The notes under the pieces were generated by a model that saw only the letters and a program-made list of their open reading frames with translations, searched no databases and had not been told where the DNA came from. A stretch of 64,000 nucleotides of DNA from Octopus sinensis (taxonomy: Eukaryota). A program made the translations under genes and the position numbers. Within the stretch, counting starts at the first letter, position 1. Every line of letters begins with the position of its first letter. Shown in pieces: positions 1 to 9,804 of this stretch. The stretch lies in the NCBI RefSeq assembly GCF_006345805.1, contig NC_043020.1, positions 4,712,001-4,776,000 of the forward strand, read 5' to 3'.

Positions 1-19
1 ATGATGATGATGATGAAGG

Positions 20-305
20 GTTCTTCTCTCGAAGACGACGTACGAGCTTTCAGCTTTTCATCGAACGACTCTGCACTAATGATTTGTCTATAGTGATCAA
101 ATGTATGTGATGCACATTAGCTCCCTCTCCCTTCCATCAAATCGATGTTACCTGAACAGGTGCACGCGTGTCACGCGTCAGGTGTCGAGATGAGCGCAGA
201 ACAAAGTGTAGTACTCAAGAACGCAACACACCACCCGGTCTAGGAATTGAAACGGCGATCACCAGGTCGTGACTGCAATACCTTAAACACTTGGCTATGT
301 GTGCC
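20..305 (-). mobile_element. tRNA-derived SINE, degenerate
   Basis: The reverse complement begins GGCACACATAGCCAAGTGTTTAAGG...GTTTCAATTCCTAGACCGGG (A-box/B-box-like head), followed by GTTCTTGAGTACTACACTTT, resembling the head of the copy at 27460. Confidence 0.6.
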
Positions 306-306
306 C

Positions 307-546
307 TCATCATCATCATCATCATTAGAGAAGAAGGAGGAGGAGGAGGGGAGGAAGAGGAGAAAAGGTAGACGACGAAGGAGGAGGAGAAGAAGAAGAA
401 GAAGAAAAGAAGAAGAAGAGAAGAAGAAGGAGAGAGAGAAGAAGAAGAAGAAGAAGAAGAAGAAGACGAAGAAGAAGAAGAAGAAGAAGAAGAAGAAGAA
501 GAAGAAAGAAGAAGAAGAAGAAGAGAAGAAGAAGAAGAAGAAGAAG
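307..546. repeat. (TCA)n followed by (GAG/GAA)n polypurine microsatellite
   Basis: Directly visible. It accounts for the poly-K/poly-F/poly-L ORFs in the track. Confidence 0.95.
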
Positions 547-675
547 CACATCTCGTTCAGAGATTTATTATTGCTTGTAGACAGTTTTTCGAAATCAGTG
601 ACAGTGGTTACTGGGAAAAACATTAAATAGATATTCGCAAACAGGTCTCCCTTTATCAAAAACCGGTGATTATCG

Positions 676-716
676 TACGTTGACAAGAGGCAAATACCTC
701 GAAACTGCAGTCCGTA
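676..716 (+). ncRNA. Degenerate minimal type I hammerhead ribozyme motif (Penelope-like relic)
   Basis: TACG-TTGACAA-GAGG(CAAATA)CCTC-GAAAC-TGCA-GTC-CGTA. Helices I and II pair perfectly and the helix III loop is palindromic, but the core differs from CTGANGA at two positions. Confidence 0.55.
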
Positions 717-1425
717 AATATCACTTAGGTTTATGAGAGAGGGATGACCTCGCTTTGCAAATACCATAAGGGCACAGAAAGTGTGCCTAAAGCCAGCTGG
801 AGACGATGATCTCCCGGGGCTAAAAGCTACAGTAACACACACCCTTAGTGGTTAGCCATATTTAGATGGCTAGTATACTAGTCTACATCACTAGATGCAA
901 ATGATGTTTCATCAGACTTCTCTCTTCGAGACAGATGTTTAAAGAGAGACTGTGTTCGGCCAGCGGCTGGATGGCAATTGACCCTTCACCCACCCTTTGA
1001 TAGGTTTCGTTTTATATTCTGCAGGGTATCCAATGAAAACTCTCTTTATCAGGCAGGCTTAGTAGGGTTTCCAGCTTCAGTGCCGACAGCCCGACGATGC
1101 GACAGATCGAACTGGGTTCTATGATACCAGTAACACTAAGAGTAACATAAATGCATAGATCACTCAGAGTTACATTTTACATTTTCCACTTTCGCTAATT
1201 TGAAGAGCTTTTCAGACACACAATATTTTGAACCTGTAAATGTAGTGATTTCAGAGGATTTCTTTGTAATCTAGATGTTTAGAACCAGTTTCATTCATAA
1301 CAGTTCAAATATTTTTTCACAGAATATAATGTAATTTGGTATCGTTACGAAATTATCTACATTCATTTATGTAAGTATGGATGGAAATGTGTAGTTATGT
1401 ATATATATATATATATATAATATAT

Positions 1426-1468
<43 letters not shown>

Positions 1469-1599
1469 GTACAAATATGTATATACACACACATTTCTGT
1501 GTATGCGCGCACAGATGGCTACATATACAGATGCATGCATATGCATATGTATGCCACACACACACATAGTTACAAGCTTACGTATACAAGGTATTCGGG

Positions 1600-2410
1600 A
1601 TACATATTTTATGCCTATTTTTTTTCAGGAAGGGCTTCAGGTATTGTTGAACAATCAACGGCGATGGAGAGCATAAAGATTAAAGTTTAAGTTGATCAAA
1701 CGTTTGCTGACTTGAAACACTGAAAGCCATTGGAAGACAAATACCTATATCAGGACGATTTTCGCCGGATGTCACATTGCTGGCATTATGACTGCTGCTC
1801 GATACACTGTGAACACTACAAAGGTTGTAAGACATGGATATCATGAAAACCAAGTTGCCCTAAACTGTGATGGTCAGTGGGTGTGTCTCCTGTGTGGGTG
1901 AAGCCATGCCGTTCCACACTTTTGGAAAGGGTCTAAGGCTTACTTCAGATGGTTATGTGACGATACTGGAGACTGTATTGAAACCCTGGCTGGGGATTGT
2001 TACTACTGCTTGAAGGCCACGTTTGGAAGCAGAATTTGGATCTAACCATACTTTCAGAAAGAGTCAGAAATGGTTGTTGGAGAATTTCTACGGCTTTATC
2101 AGGTCCGTTTTCATGCCGCCTAATTTTCCCGATCGCAATCCGATGGATTACTATGCGTGGGGCAATTAGAAACAATACCAACCGCTGTGTTTGCAACACC
2201 ATGGCCGAGTCGGTTGCCAAAATCAAGAAGGCGTCCCAAGATCTTCCCGACGACACAGTGAGGAACGCATGCGCCAGGTTCCGGAACCGTCTCGAAGCAG
2301 TGGTGGAAGTTGGGTGTGGTTACTCTGAGTAAACTGCTATCTCCCAGCCATAATCCAATTGATATCTTTTGCTCTTTTAAAATATCCTTAACTTACCTTA
2401 GGACATTGTG
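1600..2410 (+). mobile_element. Tc1/mariner (DD37D/maT-like) transposase remnant
   Basis: Broken frames give MKTKLP*TVMVSGCVSCVGEAMP, GLRLTSDGYVTILETVLKPW, PPNFPDRNPMDYYAWG and DTVRNACARFRNRLEAVVEVGCGYSE*, matching the C-terminal half of mariner-type transposases. Confidence 0.85.
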
Positions 2411-3664
2411 TTTTCGATTCCTTGTGTGCAAACTTTAACCAGAACACTCTTTATATGTCGATCATATTACAAACAAAACTTCTTGAACCGTTTACATAAT
2501 TTGACTGTCGCTCTGACAGCTTGGAGCTATAATCTTTTAGTAAGAGACGTTCTTTCTGGCTTTATGAAACCTATCCTCTCAAGATTGGCAGTGAGACAGT
2601 AGTTAGTCACGTAGCCAAGTGCACCAATAATCGTGACGATGGCTTAACTGTATACATGTATGTCAGAAGACGTCATTGTGTGTGTATATATGTATATATA
2701 TGTTTGCATGTGAAGAGAGAAAGGGAAGATGAAAAAGTGAGAGAGAAAGAGAGATAGCTAGATAGATAGATAAATAGACAAATAGAGCGAGAGAGAGAGG
2801 AATACAAAAACAGATCGATAGATGACAATATATGTAGGAGCTAAAAATAAAAACCAAGATTTTATTACAAAAAGTAATTTTCATAATTTATGTCGAATTT
2901 ATCACAGGTTTTTAAATAACTGATATAATTGTATTATTTATTACATAGATATGTATAGAGGGGTGTAAATATATGTGTGTATATATGTGTGTGTGTGTGT
3001 ATATGCATACATATATACACATTGTTTAATTTTATATACATATATTATTTGTACACGAGCATATATATATCCATATATACACATATAAAACTTACTTGAA
3101 AGAGGATGCGTGGCGTTCAATTATATAATAATATAAATGATAAATATATATATATAAATATGGCTGTCTTAAGCACCACAAAAATCATTCTCTTAGAAAA
3201 CTACATATCAGGTTTCTGAAACAAAGAATAAAAAGGGAGCCGGGCGCTGCCCTTCCCTGTCTTAGACAAATATATATATATTTATATAACAAACAGTTAT
3301 TATTTACAATGGTTATGGTAGCTGCATCTGTTGTAACGTGTCGTATGTTCAACGGCATCCTTGTTAGCGGAGTCTGCTCAAAGCTGCAGAGTCTCTTCTT
3401 ACTAACACAATGCTGTTGGAAATAGCATACGGGTTACACCTACTTTCCTTCGACCCGTCGAAGTTATATAGGAAATGTCGCTGTTTCTTGGATAATTTTA
3501 ATGAGAAATAATTTCGCTTTATTAATCACCGGACAGATTGGCGAGGAATACATGTTGACTTTTTACTCTTCGTATTTTCCAAATAACTGAGTATAAGATC
3601 TGCAAACTCATGTAATGTTGAAATGATTCAACACTTCACCACTGAGGCCCGCTTATATATACAT

Positions 3665-3702
<38 letters not shown>

Positions 3703-4319
3703 TGTGTGTGTGCGTGCGTGCGTACGTGCGTGCGTGTCTTCTGTTCTTAATTATTTAAATTCTTCCTCTGAAGAAGGAGCTGGTTTCTAACCCAGACACA
3801 AAGCTCCATCTCTGGAATGTAGATAACGAAAACAATGTCACATTTTAAACCTGAGAAAAGTCTTGCATAACTTTATTGTTCCGCTTACAGATTATATTTG
3901 TAATGTGAGAATCAGTTGGTTGATTTCTGTTTCTGAAAATCCAAGCTTATCCAGATTAACCGATTATTATTGTTATAAATGTAAATTTGTAATCCGGAAG
4001 CTGGAGGATTCGAAGCAGTTGTCCTTAGTTATCTTCTTTCTCTTTGATTTCCAAAGAGAGATTCACAGCAGCAGGACAGATGACCTTCTTTGATAATACA
4101 TACTTTTCCCTGTCTGTCCCAAACAACAATATCCGGCCCGTTATGCTTATAACGCGATATATGAATACATACGTAAAGAAATGTCTGGAAGCACAGTCAC
4201 ACACAAATACACATCCATGGAATCAGTTTGCTTCAGTAATTAATGCAGGTTTGAAACAGTTTAGCACAGCTTTCGACAGCCATCGAACCATTTCGATCCT
4301 GTAATTAATAATCATTGGT

Positions 4320-5050
4320 ACAGTTTCATATTGTCAGTGATAGAATTTTGAAACAACCTGATGTTGCAGTCATTTACATAGTTTGATAAAGTCTTTCCAT
4401 CAGATTGATCCAACGATTGAATCGATTTATATAACCAGCTGTATAGATTGATAGATTCTTTATGAGTTCCATGATGTCATCGATATTTTGATACAAGTTC
4501 ATAGGGCCTTTGTTATTGTTCGATACAGGCATTGATCCTCTGTAACAGAGGCATCGTTACTGTTTGATACATCAAACTGTTTGATACAGCATTGAATACA
4601 CTTGATGCAGGCATTACTGTCACGTGTCAGAGACACGTGACAGTAATGCTGATACAGCCATTAATACAGTTGTACACACCTTGTTTGAGACTGTTTGATA
4701 TGGACATTCAGTCAGTTTAATAATGCATTTGATACAGTTTGATACAATCATTGATGGAGTTACTTCCTGAATTTGATACAACGGGAGATACAATACGATA
4801 CGGTTATTTCGCTGTTACAGTGGAAGGTACAATGCGATACGGTCATTTCTGCTCATATAAGCATCTTGATACAAGCATTGATACAGCGATAGAGTTTGAT
4901 AGCGTTTTGCATCCAACTTGGTACAACAGACTGATGCAGACTTTCACGGTCACTGATACATTTTCTATACAGCCATAAATACAGTGATACAGTTTGATAG
5001 AGCCTCTGTGTTTGGTTATCTATGCAGTTTGATACAGCCACTGGTACAGA
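4320..5050. repeat. Degenerate short-period tandem array rich in TTGATACA
   Basis: The motif (T)TGATAC(A) recurs irregularly throughout about 730 bp. Confidence 0.7.
4611..4649. repeat. Perfect inverted repeat, 18-bp arms with 3-nt loop, each arm containing CACGTG
   Basis: GCATTACTGTCACGTGTC-AGA-GACACGTGACAGTAATGC. Confidence 0.95.
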
Positions 5051-5249
5051 TTCCCACAGCTATTCATATAATTGAAACAACTTCTGTCTTCTTTCTGTCT
5101 TTAAAAAACACGTGTATATATGTCTCCTTAATGTGAGAACATCCAAGTCTGACGCAGCAAGAAAACGATGTTGACAAACCTTCATACATATAAGCTGTTG
5201 AGCTTTATGAACATTTAACCATATTTCTTATTCCGTTGACGTTAAAATG

Positions 5250-5540
5250 CTGTTCCGATATTACAACAATAGTTATAAGGTTTGGGACTCAATGCTTAAC
5301 GAGGTTATACACTGTCTGTGGCACCCGTTAACTCCCTTTACGTTCCAGTTCTCGGCTATGAGTGTATAGTTTCTGGTTTCTGAATCAATGGCTAACGGTG
5401 GTTGAACATCGGTTCCAGCAGTTGCAGCTGTTTCTTCAGATAGTGCTCTTGCATTTTATGGCAGTTCTAGAGTTTTTCATCCAATGCTCGTATGTGGTCT
5501 ACCATTTCACATCCTATCGTTGTAGATACTTGTACAGTTT
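5250..5540 (-). pseudogene. Decayed candidate last exon of the mucin-like gene
   Basis: Acceptor CTTTTCTTTTACAG at 5541. Phase-1 reading ETVQVSTTIG... with an in-frame stop, then a frameshift to LSEETAATAGTDVQPP... A 99-bp GT-AG intron (5541-5639) joins it to the donor at 5640. Confidence 0.4.
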
Positions 5541-5639
5541 CTGTAAAAGAAAAGCGAGGTTGTGAAATCCATAACAATTCAGCTGGGAACAATTTAGATG
5601 AGAGAAGACCAACTTTTTAAAAGATAACAAATTAATTAC

Positions 5640-7075
5640 CTGTTTTCAATATTGTTGTCAGTGGTGGTTCAATGCCACTTTATGATCCACTGGTATCAGA
5701 TGGTTCAGTAGTTGGAGATATTACCCAATGTCTATTGATTAATTACTCACTGGTGGTTGTAACGGATGATGATGGTTACATTGAAGTGAGAGAGAAGTTC
5801 TCGTAGATGGTAGCTCAGTGGTTGTATTAGGGAACATTTCGTGATAGTAGAAGGTTGTTCCTGTCTGAGTAGCTGTTAGCTCAGTGCGGTTAAGCGATTA
5901 GTTAGTGGGGGGAGACAACAGTAAAGTTAGGATGGGCTATAGTTCAGTGGTATCAGATTGGGTTCAGAGCGAGTGGATTTTGTTCCTCGGTGGCAGGTTT
6001 AATATTTGTTTTATATAAAAATATTGTCAACTTAAAAGAAAGAGATGATTGTTCAGTGGGGGTAGTTATGGGCCCAGGTTTAGTAATCTATTGTTCATGG
6101 GAGTAGGTGAACATTTGCAGATGAAGGCTGAGTATTGAGTGAAGGCAATGTGTGGCGAGGTGATAATTAATGGCTTAACAGAGTCAGGCTTTACGTCACT
6201 AAAGGAGAAGATATCATCCAATGGGGCCAATAAAGACCCAGTTGTTTTGGAATGTAGATATTCTTTTCTATTCTAGGCACAGGGACCCAAATTTGGGGGG
6301 AGGGGGCCAGTCGATTATATTGACCCCAGTACGCAACTGGTACTTAATTTATCGACACCGAAAGGATAAAAGTCAAAGTCTACCTCGGCGGAATTTGAAC
6401 TCGGAACGTAAATACAGACGAAATACCGCAAAGCATTTCGCCCGGCGTGCTAACGATTCTGTCAGTTCGCCGCTCTTTAGGTCGTAGATATTAACATAGA
6501 ATGAGTTGTAAGTAAAGAAGGGCAATAACTCAATGAGAACGTGGGCGCTTGTTCAGTGGAGGTAGATGGAGTCTCAAAGGGAAAATCGTAGATAATAGAG
6601 CAATATTGGGAGGGTATGAATCGGTAGATCATTGTAGAGTAGTGGTGTGAAACGGTTTAGTTACATTGGAGTGAATGAGTTTTCTACAGAAGCAAATGTG
6701 AGCCCAACTGTTCCGTGATGTAGGGAGTGGAAAAGGGGATCTGCGAAGTATATGTTAGATGCGAGTGCATTGGAGAAGACATGTACCTGGGGATGGGGGA
6801 TGGGGGAATGGTGGGTAGATCAGTAAAACAAGGTGAGGAGTGCAATATGGATCAGTTCGGAAGGATGGAACCTGAATGATGGTATAAGAGGGGACGATTG
6901 GGCAATGGTGGTAAATGATGGTGAATTCAGTTGGATGGTGGTCCAGTGGTTGTAGAGGATATTTCAATGGTGGTTGATGATTGTCCTGTGGGTGTAGAAT
7001 ACGGGTTTTATCTTCTGTGAAAAGAAGATGGTGATTCAAGCTGAATAAAGATGGTTGTTCTGTTGTTGTTGATTT
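5640..7075 (-). pseudogene. Decayed Ser/Thr/Pro-rich former coding sequence interrupted by a SINE
   Basis: Fragments in shifting frames: STTTEQPS, STPTGQSSTTIEISSTTTGPP, TKPGPITTPTEQSS, ISPTTEPSDTSGS*SGIEPPLTTILKT. Ends at a phase-1 donor ACAG|GTAATT at 5640. Confidence 0.55.
6263..6483 (-). mobile_element. tRNA-derived SINE with 9-bp target-site duplication
   Basis: Head GGCGAACTGACAGAATCGTTAGCACGCCGGGCGAAATGC...GAGTTCAAATTCCGCCGAGG on the minus strand. TSD GTAGATATT at 6254-6262 and 6484-6492. Confidence 0.9.
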
Positions 7076-7293
7076 TTAAAATAGATTTGTGGTCTTCGAT
7101 GATTGTCCCGTGGTGGTAGACAATAACTCAGTGACTGTCGAAAATATGTTAGTGAGTGTAGATGTCGCTGCAGTGGTTGTTGATGGTTGTTGCCCGGTTG
7201 GTGTAGGCTGTGGTTCTGCGGTGGATTGGGTAACTCCGACAGTTGTGTCTCCACTCTGTCTGTTCCATGCGCCGTACCATTGTCGTGGAGGGT
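7076..7293 (-). CDS. Candidate exon of the mucin-like gene (phase-1 acceptor, 72 codons, then TAA)
   Basis: Acceptor CTGCTCTTTTACAG. Open frame DPPRQWYGAWNRQSGDTTVGVTQSTAEPQPTPTGQQPSTTTAATSTLTNIFSTVTELLSTTTGQSSKTTNLF*. Phase matches the donor at 9805. Confidence 0.55.
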
Positions 7294-7599
7294 CTGTAAA
7301 AGAGCAGATTTGTGTTTCAGTCTACATTTCAAACAGACATCACACGTTTGCTTGATATTAAGAATGGTAGCAATGATGCATATAATATTTAACAATCTTG
7401 AGAAATTAAGCTTCTCAAAACCAGAAAGGAGAAAGCTAATTCGAAGATTACAGATCCAATCCATCACTGTAACTATAAATATCTATAAAAACCTTCCAGA
7501 AGTTTATCAGTTGAATGTATATGAGCATGTCTAGATATGTGGCTATATGCAGGAGAATAAATACAATAAACTTACAAATCTGCACATACACATAAACAA

Positions 7600-7745
7600 A
7601 AATATCCTGTTGTTGGTGTTGAAATTGCAATGAAGGAGCTTTGGATCTAGGGTACGCTCCAGTTATTGGCTACAAATCTTGAAACTTAGATATGTTTCGA
7701 CCAAAGATTGGTCCAGGCCATGTCTAACTTCATAGCACCACCTGA
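7600..7745 (-). mobile_element. Interspersed repeat fragment (related copy near 3770-3830)
   Basis: Shares GGAGC...CCTAGATCCAAAGCTCCTTCATT-like sequence with 3775-3815. Confidence 0.35.
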
Positions 7746-7770
7746 TAGGATTATTTGAATCCTGTTTAAG

Positions 7771-8215
7771 TCAAGTTTTGTTTATGGTCCATTCAAGTAG
7801 TGAGTTTTTGTTGGGTGAGTTGTATGCAATTATGGGTGGCTTATCTGGTATTCCTGGAAGGAATCTATCCAGACTCCGTTTAAAGTTGATGGGATCCTTT
7901 TCCTCTTTGATCTCTTTCGGGACAATGTTAAATAGGGCAGGGCCTGTTGAGGAAAAGAAATTATGTTGCAGTGTACATGTATGCTGTGATCTTGAATTGG
8001 GCAGGGGACGTATGGCCCGTGGTCCCAGTCTTGGATGAACCTTGAAGCTAATGTTCAGGTCGTTTGGGCAAAGTTGGCGGTATATTCTCCGCATCGTACA
8101 AATGATGTACCGCTCACGGCGACGCTGGAGAGAGTAGAGTTTCAAGGCTTTAAGGCGATCCCAATAATCGAGAGCAGCCATGCCTTCAATTCGTTTAGTG
8201 AGTGCCCTCTGGGGT
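7771..8215 (-). mobile_element. CR1/L2-group LINE ORF2 3-prime fragment
   Basis: LDYWDRLKALKLYSLQRRRERY...GPALFNIVPKEIK...FKRSLDRFLPGIPDKP, a typical CR1 ORF2 C-terminus. Confidence 0.85.
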
Positions 8216-8221
8216 GATTCA

Positions 8222-8981
8222 TACATATATATATAAAATATATATATAAAATGTATGCACATGTGGTCGGATTCAGCTGAAAATATGCACACCTATGTTA
8301 AAAGTGCTAGCGAGTTTGCATGGCAACTTTGAGTTTGCTCAATTGAAAGACATGGCCTCTAGGGCAAAATTCCTCATCTTTCAAAATGTGGCCCACGTAG
8401 ACCCGAATGAAATAGGGGTATAATATCGAAACAAGTAAACCAATGATAAACTATTTTAATCCCAAGCAAGACCGGGTATATCTGTCTAATTTATAAAATG
8501 AAGAAGGCGAACATTGATACAAATTGGATTTTTATATAACAAAGGGTCTAAATGGGGCTGGAAGGGGATTAAAATTTACAGGAGGGGGTAACTTGAGGTG
8601 AGAAATTGATTGGGAGACGCTTTGGGGCGCTACAGTGATTGCTTTGGTGTTAAAATGGGTATTTTATTGATTTATGAGGACACTTGGGGGTCTAGATTGA
8701 ACACCTTTTGCCCGATTTCAATCAAATTTTCAACATCGTAAAGTGGAAGCGGATTTGTTATTTAAGCGCGAAAAATCAATATTTTTTATAAATTGGAGAG
8801 AGAGAGATAGAGAACGATAGGGAGTAAGAGAAAGCGAGGGAGAGTCCGAGAGAAAGGAAGAGTAAGAGAGGAAAAGTGAGAGAGAAAGACGAGAGAAACA
8901 AAGAGGGAGAATGTGGCGATAAGAAACAGAAAGTAACAACCACACCCTCACCCGCGCATAGAGCGGGTCACGTTAAGCTAG
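8222..8981 (+). mobile_element. Two adjacent non-autonomous Helitron-like elements
   Basis: 3-prime hairpin plus CTRR ends: CCCAAGCAAGACCGGG...CTAA near 8489, and ACCCGC-GCATAGA-GCGGGT...CTAG|T at 8950-8982. Confidence 0.5.
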
Positions 8982-9804
8982 TCAATGTACATGTATATGA
9001 TGATTATCATTATATATGTCTATGTATATAATTATACGGTGGCAAGGATCCTCTAAATTCACGCCATGCAATACTGATGATTATGATGCACTACAGAAAA
9101 GGAGACGAGACCATTACACAGGACGCTCCTCTGACGTCCAATAAGAACTTACCTCCAGTTCTCGCCTCTATTAACGTTTAGTGCAGAAGCGATCAACTAC
9201 AACAAATGTAATACCTTTCCAAAGACATTTAAAGCACCGACTGCTGCCAGAATGGAGCAGATCAACAAAAGATCAACAGTTGATCAGAAAAATATCGCCA
9301 AAGGTAAAAGCAAACATTCAAACACACCGACAGAGCAATACTTAGGAAGAAATGCACGGAGTTACCTGTTCAGTCCCCTTCGGCAGGCAAAGCTTCGTAC
9401 TTCTATTATTGCAGTGAACTGAATAAGCGATTCAGTAATGATTCTTACTTGGATATTATGGAGACTACTACATGTATTCATGTAGCTATTAGTGTCTATG
9501 TATGAAGAGACCAGTGTTTACCTGTATCTAATTGTAAGACTGTGTTTTTGGAAATGGGTTTCATTCAGCATCATTATTCATGTCAGAACCTCAATATTTA
9601 CGATAATAGTTACGTTGAAAAACAATTCCATTCTGTATTTCCAGCCAAGGCGATTTCACGTCGACAAAATCGTCGATATTTCACTTTCGTTGAGATTACA
9701 TCAAGCAAGACACACCAATCGATGTCAGGATGTGAGAGATGTCACAATCTGATCGTTGCAAAAAGAATTTGGAGAGAAGATGTTGCAGAGACTAAAACAC
9801 TCAC

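Noticed and set aside
7606-7741. Apparent phase-1 exon GAMKLDMAW...ISTPTT
   Set aside because: Contains two stops, lacks a GT donor, and resembles an interspersed repeat also seen near 3770-3830.
9153-9418. Two small minus-strand exon-like segments (9366-9418, VHCNNRSTKLCLPKGTEQ; 9153-9196)
   Set aside because: Splice motifs are present, but the phases (1 to 0, then 0 to 2) do not connect to the phase-1 acceptor at 7293, and alternative acceptors give stops. Unsupported without RNA data.
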